Origin: a virus
Taxonomy: Duplodnaviria; Caudoviricetes
Length of the DNA: 56,212 nucleotides
Reading direction: 5' to 3' (one strand)
IMG/VR virus record: IMGVR_UViG_3300050343_000186
Span: 1 to 56,212 of that record
The notes below the pieces were generated by a model, which saw only the letters and a list, made by a program, of their open reading frames with translations, was not told the DNA's origin and did no database searches. The translations under genes and the position numbers were made by a program. Within the stretch, counting starts at the first letter, position 1; the number at the start of each line of letters is the position of its first letter. This document shows positions 9,489-21,756 of this stretch, piece after piece.

Positions 9489-9852
9489 GTATAGCAAAAA
9501 TAGTAGTGTATATGGCAACCTTTCTAGTCCTTTTAAGTTTACTATCTATTTTCTTGTTCTCAGACATTAAATAAGTATTATTATCTGAGGCATCTTTTAA
9601 GACATCCTCACAAGACTTTAAGTTAATCTCTGCTATAGATACTAGCTCGTATAGTTTAACTTCCTTAGAAGAGCTTATAATAGCCTGTTCCATTAGGCTA
9701 TCTTTTTGAATTAGCTCAATGTATATGTTATCCATTTGCTCAATAGTTATGGCAACCAATGTGTCTCCGTTGTTATCTATTAATCCGACTTGCGAATAGG
9801 CTGATACGTTCAGAAGAAGGCAGTATATGATAATTGCTAATTTTTCTTTCAT
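9472..9852 (-). CDS. Signal peptide + coiled coil + C-terminal TM protein; spanin candidate
   Basis: MKEKLAIIIYCLLLNVSAYSQ signal, C-terminal VAIYTTIFAILSILL; overlaps upstream gene by 80 nt. Confidence 0.45.
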   Translation of the reverse strand: MKEKLAIIIYCLLLNVSAYSQVGLIDNNGDTLVAITIEQMDNIYIELIQKDSLMEQAIISSSKEVKLYELVSIAEINLKSCEDVLKDASDNNTYLMSENKKIDSKLKRTRKVAIYTTIFAILSILL

Positions 9853-10045
9853 AGTATATTTTTACTGTATCTCTTTTAGAATCCAAGCTATCAATAGACA
9901 TATACACCGTATCGGTAGATATAGTATTGTGTTTAGGCGATATAATCCTATTCTCTGCTTTTTTAACAAACAATAGATTAGTTATAATGGCTGTAGCTAT
10001 AAGTGAATATAAAGCTATAAAAATAATTACCTGTGGGCTCTTCAT
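9773..10045 (-). CDS. N-terminal TM protein; i-spanin candidate
   Basis: Likely start MKSPQVIIFIALYSLIATAII just behind minus-strand TATCTTTG (10050-10057). Confidence 0.45.
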   Translation of the reverse strand: MKSPQVIIFIALYSLIATAIITNLLFVKKAENRIISPKHNTISTDTVYMSIDSLDSKRDTVKIYYERKISNYHILPSSERISLFASRINR

Positions 10046-10090
10046 ACTGCAAAGATAAAAAAGTTTTATATTTGTAGAAAATATAATCAA

Positions 10091-10306
10091 ATGAAAGAAT
10101 TAACAAAAGAAGAACTAGAGCTATTGCAAGGATTGGTAACAGAATATAACAATGTTAAAATCAGAATAGCTGACACCTTCATTGCACAGGATGCTTTATT
10201 AAAAGAGATAGAGTCAATGAAAGCTGCTTACATTAAGGAAGAAAAAAAATTATTAGAAAAATACGGAGATGATGCTCAGTCATCAACGTGCAAACAGGAA
10301 AAGTAA
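10091..10306 (+). CDS. Small coiled-coil hypothetical protein
   Basis: ORF preceded by TATATTTG (10067-10074); end possibly frameshifted. Confidence 0.55.
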   Translation: MKELTKEELELLQGLVTEYNNVKIRIADTFIAQDALLKEIESMKAAYIKEEKKLLEKYGDDAQSSTCKQEK

Positions 10307-10618
10307 CAAATGGCGATAATTAGTACATACCCAATATCAGGTCAAGTTAACCTAACAGATATATTAATAGGTTCTGAGCAGTAGACTAATCAAGATGCAA
10401 ATAAAACTAAAAACTACACAGTAGATGCTCTTGGAAATATTACTTGAGGTTGGTCTTTACCTATTTAATGGGTATGCAGTAACACTTCAGGTGAACTTTC
10501 AAATACAGGTATTATGCAGACAATGCTGCTGCTGTATCGGCAGGACTAGCAGTAGGTAGAATGTATAGAAACGCAGGAGACGGACTACAAGCTCTAGCGT
10601 TGTGTGCGTTGTTTATTA

Positions 10619-10846
10619 ATGGGCATAATTAGAAAAATATCTATTGGACCTGACTATAAGTCGGGTGCTATGCACTATATAACAGGTCAGTCTGTCCTGA
10701 ACAATAGTCATACAATACATTTAATTAAATTTAATAAAGAAAAAAAATCAATAGAGATATGGATACAATCCGGGCAAGAAGTATTTGTTTGGAAAGAGTT
10801 TAATGAAACCGTACCCGTATCTATTGAATACAACATAAACTTTTAA
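10619..10846 (+). CDS. Conserved hypothetical phage protein
   Basis: MGIIRKISIGPDYKSGAMHY; coupled to the next gene. Confidence 0.6.
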   Translation: MGIIRKISIGPDYKSGAMHYITGQSVLNNSHTIHLIKFNKEKKSIEIWIQSGQEVFVWKEFNETVPVSIEYNINF

Positions 10847-11409
10847 TGAAATCACCGTTTTACTTTATAGTAAAGCCATTAAAAGGAAGACGATACGACA
10901 ACACAAAAGAAATAGCAGGAATAGAGCTTGTCGTTAGTACATCTGAAGAAGACCATATGTTTTCAAACAGGTATGCTGAAGTTGTCGAGCTTCCAATAGG
11001 CTACGTAGGAGGAGTTAAGGTAGGAGACACCTTACTTGTACATCACAACGTATTTAAATTTTATAACGATATGAAGGGTAGGCAAAGAAGCGGAAGAAGC
11101 TTTTTTAAAGATGACCTATTTTTTGTAGACAATGAACAGTTCTTTATGTATAAGAATGATAATGGTTGGAACGCACACGACAGATATTGTTTTGTTGAGC
11201 CTATTAAAAAAGAAGATTCCGTTATATATAAAAATAGCATTGAAGAACCTTTAGTAGGTATAATGAGATACCCAAATAAGTATCTTACATCTATGGGAAT
11301 AAAGCCCGGGGATAGAATTAGCTTTACTCCTGAAAGTGAGTATGAGTTTACTATTGATGATGAAAAGCTATATAGAGTGTACGACCATCAAATAACAATG
11401 AGCTTATGA
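10846..11409 (+). CDS. Tandem two-domain GroES-like co-chaperonin
   Basis: Two GroES-like halves: YFIVKP...GIEL...AEVV...VKVGDTLL and DRYCFVEP...IKPGDRISF...YEFTIDDEKL. Confidence 0.7.
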   Translation: MKSPFYFIVKPLKGRRYDNTKEIAGIELVVSTSEEDHMFSNRYAEVVELPIGYVGGVKVGDTLLVHHNVFKFYNDMKGRQRSGRSFFKDDLFFVDNEQFFMYKNDNGWNAHDRYCFVEPIKKEDSVIYKNSIEEPLVGIMRYPNKYLTSMGIKPGDRISFTPESEYEFTIDDEKLYRVYDHQITMSL

Positions 11410-11687
11410 ACGTAAAAGAAACAAAGAAAAAAATCATACAGGCAGGTCACAGGGCTGTTGAGCAACTAATAAAGGTTGCTAAAGAAGATATTATAAAGCA
11501 CGACCCTGAAGATGATTTAGCTGCCGACAAACTAAAGAATGCAGCAGCTACAAAGAAGTTAGCAATATTTGATGCGTTTGAGATATTAAATAGAATAGAA
11601 CTTGAAAGAGAGGCATTAGAGTCTGCTGATAAAGGAAAAAGTAAGATAGATACAAAACAAGGATTTGCAGAAAGAAGGTCAAAATAA
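11406..11687 (+). CDS. Putative terminase small subunit
   Basis: Helical 93-aa ORF overlapping the terL start; positional inference. Confidence 0.45.
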   Translation: MNVKETKKKIIQAGHRAVEQLIKVAKEDIIKHDPEDDLAADKLKNAAATKKLAIFDAFEILNRIELEREALESADKGKSKIDTKQGFAERRSK

Positions 11688-13910
11688 CTTATACGTTACG
11701 CTAGAAGATTACGTCCCAAAGAGTGTCTTAAAAAATAAGAACAAGGCAAAAACGTGGGAGTATGGATATGACGAAAAGTATGATATGGTTATCATATCAA
11801 AGACCGGGGAGATAGGTGAGTAGTATCGATACAGGGATTGCCTATAGCGTTACCACTAGTGCCTAATAAGGTGTATAAAAGAAGTGGCAAGAAAGATGAG
11901 CAGTATTGGCAGAGAGAAGAAATACCAAAAGACTTACAGAAGATTCAATCTATATTCCAATGGAACGATAAACCATCTGAGTTTAAAGATAGGTGGGTTG
12001 ATTATATTGAATCTGAATTTGATTCAAGAGAGTACGGGCATTGGTTTATGAACAATGGCGTGCCTACATATATAACAGGAGCACATTATATGTATCTGCA
12101 ATGGACATCTATTGATGTTGGGTATCCTGACTATCGTGAAGCAAATCGTATACTTATATATTATTGGGAGGCTTGTAAGGCTGACAAAAGAAGTTTCGGT
12201 ATGACATATCTTAAGATAAGACGTTCAGGGTTTTCGTTTATGTCATCATCTGAGTGTGTTAATACAGGAACGCTTGCAAAAGATGCTAGGGTAGGTATAC
12301 TATCTAAGACAGGTTCAGATGCTAAGAAGATGTTTACTGACAAGGTTGTACCTATAAACAGTAGGCTACCTTTCTTTTTCAAGCCTATTATGGATGGTAT
12401 GGATAAGCCGAAGACAGAGCTTGCATTTCGTATCCCGGCAGCAAAGATCACCAAGAAAGAATATGTACGATACCATGACGATGAGTTGTTTGGTTTGGAT
12501 ACAACAATAGATTGGAAGAACACAGATGACAACAGCTATGATGGTGAGAAGTTATTATTGTTAGTACACGATGAAAGTGGTAAATGGATAAAGCCAAATA
12601 ATATTTTAAATAATTGGCGAGTAACTAAAACTTGTTTGCGATTAGGTAGTAAGATTATAGGTAAGTGTATGATGGGTTCTACATCCAATGCACTTAATAA
12701 GGGTGGTGATAATTTTAAGAAAGCTTGTATAATGACTCAAATGTACTAAATCGTAATTCAAACGGTCAGACTAAAAGTGGTATGTATTCTTTGTTTATTC
12801 CAATGGAATGGAATATGGAAGGATTTATAGATAGGTTTGGGATGCCTGTATTTAGAAATCCACAAAAACCTGTGGGGTGTTGATAATGAGATGATATATC
12901 AAGGTGCTGTAGATTATTGGGACAATGAGGTATCATCATTAAAGAATGATGCAGATGCGTTAAATGAGTTTTATCGTCAGTTCCCAAGAACAGAATCTCA
13001 CGCATTTAGAGATGAAAGTAAACAGTCGATATTTAATCTAACTAAGATATATCAGCAAATAGATTACAATGATGCTTTAATAAAAGAACATCATATAACA
13101 CGAGGTAGTTTTCATTGGAAAAATGGAATTAAAGATACGGAGGTTATATTTAGCCCTGATAAGCGTGGAAGGTTCAATGTAAGTTGGACACCTAATAAAA
13201 ACTTACAAAATAGAGTGGTTGATAGAAACGGAATAAAGTATCCCGGCAATGACCATATAGGTGCATTTGGTTGTGACTCATATGATATATCAGGTACTGT
13301 AGGTGGTGGTGGTTCTAATGGAGCACTACACGGAGTAACTATGTTTAATATGGATGAAGCACCAAGTAATGAGTTTTTTTTAGAGTATGTAGCTAGACCA
13401 CAGACAGCAGAGATATTCTTTGAAGAGGTATTAATGGCTTGTGTGTTTTATGGTATGCCAATACTTATAGAGAATAACAAACCAAGGTTACTGTATCATT
13501 TTAAGAACAGAGGATACAGAGGGTTCTGTATGAATAGACCTGACAAGTCATACAATAAGTTATCAAAAACTGAACGTGAGCTTGGAGGTATACCCAATAG
13601 TAGCGAGGATGTTAAACAGGCACACGCAGCAGCTATTGAGTCGTATATAGAGAAATATGTGGGATTTGATGCAGAAGGTACATATAGAGAGTCTGACGAT
13701 ATAGGTTGTATGCCATTTAATAGGACACTTGAGGATTGGGCTAAGTTTGATATAACGAACAGAACAAAGTTTGATGCTTCAATAAGTTCGGGGCTAGCTA
13801 TAATGGCTACGCAGAAGCACCTGTATGTACAAGAAAAAAAACAATCAAAAATAAAGATTAACTTTGCAAAGTATAGCAATAACGGAAATATTAGCGAAAT
13901 TATTAGATGA
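11665..13910 (+). CDS. terL: Terminase large subunit (several indels)
   Basis: LKIRRSGFS Walker-A-like, LLLVHDESGKW Walker B, GSTSN motif III, GAFGCDSYD nuclease Asp; ORF pieces 11838-12749 and 12837-13910. Confidence 0.9.
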
Positions 13911-16345
13911 ACGATGTTAAAGTAAACATATCATCTACAGGGCTTTCCAAGTCAATTTGTATCAGATGCTGAAAAAGCTACTGATGATTTGGGCTACAAA
14001 TAGGTCAAGCTATTCAGTATGAATGGTTCAAGAAGGATGGAAGGCAGTGTAGATTTTATAGCCAATGGGAGATTTTCACAGATTAAGATTGTATGCTCGA
14101 GGGGAGCAATCTGTGGGAAAATATAAAAATGAGTTAGCGGTAGATGGAGACTTATCGTACTTAAATCTAGATTGGACACCTGTTCCTATATTACCAAAGT
14201 TCGTAGACATAGTTGTTAATGGTATGTCTGATAGGCTATTTAAAGTGAAAGCATACTCTCAGGATGCTTTATCTCAATCCAAGAGAAGCAAGTTTCAACA
14301 ATTAATTGAAGGTGAAATGCTTGCTAAGCCTATATTAAAAAATATACAAGAGCAAATGGGAATAAATCCATTCTCTGTAGACCCACAAGAACTTCCATCG
14401 TCAGATGAAGAGTTAGCATTATATATGCAGCTTAACTATAAGCCTGCAATAGAGATAGCGGAAGAGACTGCTATTGATACAATGTTTGACGAAAACCATT
14501 ATAGACATTCGTAAAAGATTGACTATGATTTAACGGTATTAGGTAGTTGGTATGGCTAAGACTGAGTTTTTACCGGGAGCAGGAGTAAAGGTTGAATATG
14601 TAGACCCTGCTAATATTGTTTATAGTTATACCGAAGACCCTAACTTTAAAGATTGTTTCTATTGGGGTGAGATAAAAACTGTCCCAATTATTGAGCTAAA
14701 TAAAGATAGACCCAACACTAACTAATTCAGATTTAGAAGAGATATCTAAGTACGGGCAGTCTTGGTATGATTACTACAATGTAGCTCAGTATTACGACAA
14801 TGATATATTTTACAGAGATACTACTACTTTAATGTACTTTAATTATAAGACAACTAAAAAGGTTGTATATAAGAAAAAGATTAAAGATAGTGGAGCTATA
14901 TCAATGGTAGAAAAAGATGACCAATTTAACCCACCTGAAGAGATGATGGAGGAAGGGTCGTTTGAAAAAGTAGAAAAAACTATTGATGTATGGTATAATG
15001 GAGTTATGGTTATGGGAACTAATATAATTTTAAAGTGGGAGATGCTGAGAATATGGTTAGACCAAAGTCTGCTACGCAGCACGCACTTCCTAACTATGTT
15101 GCACAGCACCAAGAATGTATAAAGGTGCTATTGAGTCTTTAGTTAGACGTATGATACCATTTGCTGATTTGATTCAGATTACTCATTTAAAACTACAGCA
15201 GGTTATTGCTAAGGTTGTACCTGATGGTGTATTTATTGATGCCGATGGATTGAATGAAGTAGACCTTGGGTACAGGAGCAGCATATAATCCTGAAGATGC
15301 ATTAAGATTATATTTCCAAACAGGTAGTGTTATTGGTAGAAGCTATACGGGCGATGGTGAATTTAACAACGCACGAGTTCCAATACAGCAGTTGACATCT
15401 AACTCAGGTGCATCAAAAACACAGATGCTTATTGGTAACTACAATCACTATCTAAACCAAATAAGAAACTGTAACGGGGCTGAATGAGGCTAGAGATGGT
15501 AGTACTCCTGACCCGAATGCTTTAGTTGGTTTACAGAAACTAGCAGCAGCAAATTCAAATACAGCAACTAGACATATATTAGATGGAAGTCTTTATATGT
15601 ATAGAACATTAGCTGAAAGTCTTATCTTATAGAGTAAGTGATGTATTAGAGTATGCAGACTTTAAAGATGAGTTTATAAATAAAATAGGTAAGTACAATG
15701 TGTCATATTTTAGATGATATAAATGACTTATACTTATATGACTTTGGTATATTTATTGAGGTTGTCTCCTGACGAAGAGCAGAAGTCTCAGCTTGAGCAC
15801 AATATTCAGATGGCATTATCTAAAGGAGATATTAACCTTGAAGATGCGATTGATATTCGTGAAATTAGAAATATCAAGTTAGCTAATCAGTTGCTGAAAG
15901 TTAAGCGTAAAGCTAAGCAAGATAGAGAAGAAAAGATGAAAATGCAAGCACAAGCTATGCAAGCACAGCAACAGTTGCAGTCTCAGCAAATGGCTGCTCA
16001 AGCTTCTATGCAGAAAACACAGGCAGAAGCTCAAGCTAAGATGCAGTTGAAAGCAAGCAGAGGTAGCATTTGAAATAGAGAAGATGAAGAACGAAGCTAT
16101 GCTCAAAGTCTCAATTAATGGACAAAGAGTTTAACTTAAATATGCAACTAAGAGGTGTAGATGCTAGTCAACTTCAAAAAAGAGAAGACAAAAGAGAAAA
16201 GGCTAAGTCAGATAGAATTAGCCAACAAAACTCTGAGCAATCAAAACTAATAAATCAAAGAAAGAATAATTTACCACCTATGAACTTTGAATCTAACGAG
16301 GATAGTCTAGATGGATTTGACCTAGCTGAGTTTAACCCTAGATAA
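13907..16345 (+). CDS. Portal protein (multiple indels)
   Basis: Follows terL; LRLYARGEQ, YLNLDWTPVPILPKFVDIVVNG, Gln/Ala-rich C-terminal coil; ~800 codons across fragments. Confidence 0.8.
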
Positions 16346-16390
16346 AAAACATAATTATTTTTTGTTTAATTTTGCATAAAATCAAATCAA

Positions 16391-17509
16391 ATGGAAATTA
16401 AAGTAAAAGAGGTGGGTGTTGTTGAGGAAAAGTCTGTACAACAAGTTGAACAGGAGCTACTCGAAAAGCACGAAGAAAAGCTAAATGAAGAAGTTTCATC
16501 TGAAGAGACAACTCAGGTTGTTAATAAAGAAGAAACGAAAAGTGTAGAGACAGAAGTTGAAGCACAAGAAGATACAGCTCAACCCTCAGAGCTAAATGAG
16601 GAAAGCGTTCTTTCATTTATTAAAAATAAGTACGGAAGAGAAATTAATTCTCTTGATGAGCTTACAGCGTATCAGGAAGTCTGAAAAGATGCCTGAAGAT
16701 GTTGCAGCTTATTACAAGTACAAAAAAGAAACAGGGCGAGGAATCGATGACTTTGTTAAGTTGCAAAGACTTCGATGAATTAAGCTCTGATGCATTGCTA
16801 CGAGAATATCTTAGTGCTACAGAAGAAGGCTTAGACTCCGAAGACATTGATATGTTAATGGATGATTACACCTTTGATGAGGATTTAGATGATGATGGAG
16901 ACATTAAGAAAATCAAAATAGCAAGAAAAAAGACTATTGCTAAAGCCAAGAAGTATTTCAATGAGCAGAAGGAAAAGTACAGAGTTCCCCTTGAGTCAAG
17001 ACGGAGTTCTATTTCTGAAAGTGATGAGAAAGACCTTGAGGCATATAAACAATATATAGAGTCATCAAAGACTTACGAAGAAGACGGTACAAAGAAAACG
17101 TGATTGGTTTTATAAAAAAACTGATGATGTATTCGGAAGTGAGTTCAAAGGTTTTGAGTTCACGCTTGACGATAAAAAGGTAACTTTTTCTCCGGGTGAT
17201 GCTACTGAATTAAAGAAAATTCAATCCGACCCAAACAACTTTATAGGAAAGTTTTTGAATGAAGATGGGCTTATCGAAGATGCAGCAGGTTACCACAAGG
17301 CTTTGTCTATTGCAATGAATCCTGAAAAGTTTGCCAAGTTCTTTTACGAACAAGGCAAGGCAGAGGCTACTGACGATGTGATGCGTAAGACGAAAAACAT
17401 TAATATGTCTGAACGTAGAACACCTGAAGTTACTTCTAAAGGCGGGATGCAAATTAAATCTCTCGGCAACGACTCGGGTAGAGGTTTAAAAATTAGAAGT
17501 AAAAAATAA
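16391..17509 (+). CDS. Capsid scaffolding protein (indels)
   Basis: Very acidic N-terminus, NPEKFAKFFYEQGKA motif, located between portal and capsid; TAATTTTG box upstream. Confidence 0.7.
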
Positions 17510-17534
17510 GTTTAAAAATTAAAAAAGAAAAATT

Positions 17535-18975
17535 ATGGCAGGAAGTGTTCAAACAACTCCGGGGTTTGATTTGCAGCCAAGTGCACAGCAAGTACCCACT
17601 CGCAACAAATTATATTACCAACTTTGATTTCTTGAATCAGTATCTACCTGATACTTATGAGAAAGAATTTGAGAGATATGGTAATCGTACAATCTCCTCA
17701 TTCCTTAGAATGGTAGGAGCAGAAATGCCTTCTAACTCTGACCTTATTAAATGGGCTGAGCAAGGAAGACTTCACACTAAATATGTACAACTGTACTTAC
17801 AGCAGTATTAGCAGATGATACAGCTACGTTTTTACAGTAAATGATGCATTAGTACCCTAGCAACCATTACTGATGCTAATGTTTCTATCGCTATTCGAGT
17901 GGGTCAAACTGTAATGATTTCAGGTACTGCAGGACAGCTTCAACAAAGCAATCGTTACAGCAGTTGTTCACGGCAGCACAAACTGAGTTTATGTTGCTTA
18001 CTACGAAGCAGGTGGACAGGCAGTTTTGCAGCAATTTGAAGTTGTAACTGTATTCATTTACGGTTCTGAATTCAAAAAAGGAACTTCCGGAATGGATGGT
18101 TCTTTAGAGGCTGATGATTTCATTTTCGAAACTCTCCAATTATCCTTAAAGATAAGTATGCAGTATCAGGTTCTGATATGGCTCAAATCGGATGGGTAGA
18201 AGTAACTACTGAGAATGGTGCTACAGGATACCTTTGGTACTTGAAGTCAGAGCACGAAACTCGTTTACGTTTTGATGACTACCTAGAAACAGCAATGATT
18301 GAAGCAGTTCCTGCTGAAGCTAGGTTCAGGTGCAGCAAATGCTGCTACTGACGTAGGTAACAAAGGTTCTGAAGGTATTTTCTACTCAGTAGAAAACCGA
18401 GGAAACGTATGGGCAGGTGGTAATCCTTCTACTTTAGCTGATTTTGACAACATCATTCAGACGATTAGATAAGCAAGGTTCTATTGAAGAGAATGTTATT
18501 TTCTTGAACAGAGATTTGGTTTTGATATTGACGATATGTTAGCAGCTCAAAATTCTTACGGTGCAGGTGGTACGTCTTACGGACTATTTGATAACGATAA
18601 AGATATGGCTTAAACTTAGGATTCACAGGATTCCGTAGAGGTTACGATTTCTACAAGACTGATTGGAAATACCTAAACGACCCAACTATGCGAGGTGGTC
18701 TTCCAACAGGAGGTCAGGTAGAGTAAACGGACTTATTAGTACCTGCGGGTTCTACTACTGTTTATGACCAAGTTCTTGGAAAGAACGCTAAGCGACCTTT
18801 CTTACACGTACGTTACAGAGCTTCAGAAACTGAAGACAGACGTTACAAAACGTGGATTACAGGTTCAGCAGGTGGTGCAATGAACAGCGACCTTGATGCA
18901 ATGGAAGTACACTTCCTTTCTGAGAGAGCTGTATGTACTATGGGTGCAAACAACTTCTTCTTGTTCAAAGACTAA
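17535..18975 (+). CDS. Major capsid protein (many indels)
   Basis: QYLPDTYEKEFERYGNRT, WAEQGRLH, GYLWYLKSEHETR, RGYDFYKTDWKYLND, RPFLHVRYR read across frames; strong terminator after. Confidence 0.8.
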
Positions 18976-18993
18976 GAAGAAACCAATATTATA

Positions 18994-19024
18994 CAGGGGG
19001 TGTGAAATATCACCCCCTTTTTTT
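18994..19024 (+). terminator. Rho-independent terminator after capsid gene
   Basis: AGGGGGTG-loop-CACCCCCT followed by a T run. Confidence 0.85.
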
Positions 19025-19044
19025 AAAATTGTAAATTAAATTAA

Positions 19045-19796
19045 ATGAAAAATAAAAAAATAGCTGTAGATAAAACCTACAGATTAAAATCAGACAAAGC
19101 TCCCTTATCGTTTATGATACCAACGAAAAGTTCTAGGAGCTATTCATTACTTTACTTTGATGAAGAAAGAGAATGAAAACAGACCACTTAGATATGCTAG
19201 AAACCAAAAGTCTCCATTTGAAGATGAGCAAGATGGCAATGTTATTTTAGAGCCAATTGTTTTTGAAGATGGTATGCTTGAGAGTTCCTAAAAACAATCC
19301 TGTGCTTCAAGAATTTTTACATTATCACCCTATGAATGGAAACAGATTTATTGAGGTTGATGAAGCTAAAGATGCAGAAGAAGAAGTTGAGATTCTTAAC
19401 TTAGAAGTGGATGCACTTGTTGAAGCTAGTAAGCTATCTATTGAGCAGATTGAATCATTGTCTCGTGTATTGTTCGGTAAAGATACGTCTAAGATATCTA
19501 CTGCTGAATTAAAAAGAGATATATTGATTTTTGCTAAAAGCAATCCAAGTGACTTTTTGGATGCTATTAATGACCCAACAGTTAAAATTCAAGGTACAGT
19601 ACAACTGTTCTTTGATAAGGGGTTATTAACCTTTAGAAGAAACAAAAAAGAAATATGGTTTAGTACACCATCTAATAAAACAAGAATGCTTGTTGTGCCA
19701 TTCAATGAAGACCCATTGTACTTAGCAACATCATATTTGCAGAGTGATGAAGGAATTGATTCACTAAAAATGCTTGAGAATCTTATAGAAGGATAA
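19045..19796 (+). CDS. Conserved hypothetical virion-associated protein (indels)
   Basis: Frames join MKNKKIAVDKTYRL...LRYARNQKSPF... to ORF 19257-19796. Confidence 0.6.
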
Positions 19797-19837
19797 TCAA
19801 TATTTCAATAAATTAAATATACCTGTATTCTAAAATC

Positions 19838-19873
19838 AGAAGAGTCCGATTTTTAATCGGACTCTTTTTTTTT
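19838..19873 (+). terminator. Rho-independent terminator
   Basis: AAGAGTCCGAT-loop-ATCGGACTCTT followed by a T run. Confidence 0.85.
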
Positions 19874-19897
19874 GCTATCTTTGTACAAAAGTTTATT

Positions 19898-20829
19898 ATG
19901 ATAAACTCAGTAAGAAATACAGTGTTCTCGGTTCTTAACAAGAACAACTATGGGTATGTATCCCCACAAGATTTTAATTTGTTTGCTAAGCAAGCACAGT
20001 TAGAAATATTTGAAAACTACTTTAGTAATTACAACACAGCAATAAACAAAGAGAACGCTAGAATATCAGGAACGGAATATGCTAATAATACAAAAGGCAT
20101 TGAAGAGTCTATAGATTCATTTTCTACAATAAGAAATTTTGACCAAAAAAATTACAATAGATATTTTACACCATCTCAAGAAACAACAGGTGATGATTAT
20201 TATTTATTGAATAAGGTTTTAGCCTACACTACATTTTTAAAAGAAGGAACTAATCAGGGGACTTCTTCTCCAAACTTATTAGTTGATAGTGGATTTGATG
20301 GAATTGTTTCAGTTGGAGACATAGCGGTTAACTTAGTCACATTAGAGCAATCAATAATTTTAACGGTTTCAATACTACTTTAAACTTAGAGGATAATATA
20401 TTTCCTCAAGTCATAGCGGATAATGATGGATACTCTATATTCAAACCTGAAAACTACGAAGTAGAAAAAGTGACAAATGGTAAGATTAGTATGCTATCTA
20501 ACTCTTTACTCACTGCACCTACTAAAACTTTCCCGGCATACTCTTTAAATAACGATTCAATAACAGTATTACCTAATACGATAAATAATCCCGGTCAGGT
20601 ATTTAGTCAGTACATTAGATATCCAAAAGACCCTAAGTGGACATATAGTACATTGTCTAGTGGAGAGCCTGTGTTTGACCAATCACAATCAGACTATCAA
20701 GACTTTGAATTACCTATTGAAGATGAAGTAAACTTAGTCACTAAGATACTTCAATATTCAGGTATGCAAATAAGAGAGGCTCAGGTGGTTCAGTTTGCTA
20801 ATTTAGAAGAACAAAAAGATAACCAATAA
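19898..20829 (+). CDS. Head-tail adaptor / ring protein (indel ~20380)
   Basis: NKNNYGYVSPQDFNLFAKQAQLEIF and YIRYPKDPKW; TATCTTTG box upstream; position in tail module. Confidence 0.6.
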
Positions 20830-20831
20830 TA

Positions 20832-21755
20832 ATGGCATATTTATCACAATATCAATACTATGAAAATGGAGGAGAAGCTCCTGAAGATGAAAATTGGGGT
20901 TCATACCAATATGTCAGTTTATATGATATAGTCAACAACTTTATGTTGATGTATAGCGGAAACCATTCGCTAGTAAATAACGAAGAAAGATTTAAGGTGA
21001 TTTTTCACGCAAAAAGAGCAGTCCAAGAACTTAACTACGATGCTTTTAAAGAACTTAAAGTATTAGAGTTGAATGTCAATGACTCTTTACGATACATATT
21101 GCCTTCAGACTACGTTAATTGGGTTAGAATTAATATATATAAAGATGGTTTACTTAGACCACTAACTGAAAACATTCAGATAAACTCTTCATTAGCATAT
21201 TTGCAAGACAATAATAATAGAATATTATTTGATTCAAATGGCAATGCATTATCTCCTCAGTTTTCTCAGATTGATTTAGACAGAATTACAAAACAAAAGA
21301 AAAGTATTTATCTAAACCAAGGACATCAGTTTGATGGTTTTGAAGGATATTTTTACGAGGGAAATTGGTACTTTGACTACGGCATAGGTGCTAGATATGG
21401 TCTAAACACAGAGACCGCTAATTTTAATCCTACATTTAAGATTGATAAAAAATCAGGTGTTATAAACTTTAGTTCGGATATGGCTAACGAACTATGCATA
21501 CTTGAGTATGTATCTGATGGTATGGAAGGAGGAGATGACTCTAAGATTAGCGTAAATAAATTATTTGAGGATTACGTATACGCATATATAGAGTACGCTA
21601 TACTAAATAGCAAACTCAATGTCCAAGAATACGTTGTGAGAAGAGCACAAAAAAGAAAAACTGCTTTATTAAGAAACGCTAAGATAAGAATAAGCAATAT
21701 ACACCCGGGTAGATTATTAATGAATCTAAGAGGTCAAGATAAGTGGTTAAAATAA
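20832..21755 (+). CDS. Tail ring / tubular structural protein
   Basis: Intact 307 aa; LPSDYVNWVRI, ILEYVSDG; tail module context. Confidence 0.6.
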   Translation: MAYLSQYQYYENGGEAPEDENWGSYQYVSLYDIVNNFMLMYSGNHSLVNNEERFKVIFHAKRAVQELNYDAFKELKVLELNVNDSLRYILPSDYVNWVRINIYKDGLLRPLTENIQINSSLAYLQDNNNRILFDSNGNALSPQFSQIDLDRITKQKKSIYLNQGHQFDGFEGYFYEGNWYFDYGIGARYGLNTETANFNPTFKIDKKSGVINFSSDMANELCILEYVSDGMEGGDDSKISVNKLFEDYVYAYIEYAILNSKLNVQEYVVRRAQKRKTALLRNAKIRISNIHPGRLLMNLRGQDKWLK

Positions 21756-21756
21756 T

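Noticed and set aside
13907-18975. Stop-codon reassignment (as in some crAss-like phages) to explain fragmented portal and capsid
   Set aside because: Breaks involve frame changes rather than in-frame TAG/TGA, long genes elsewhere are open in code 11, and TAG and TGA end normal genes
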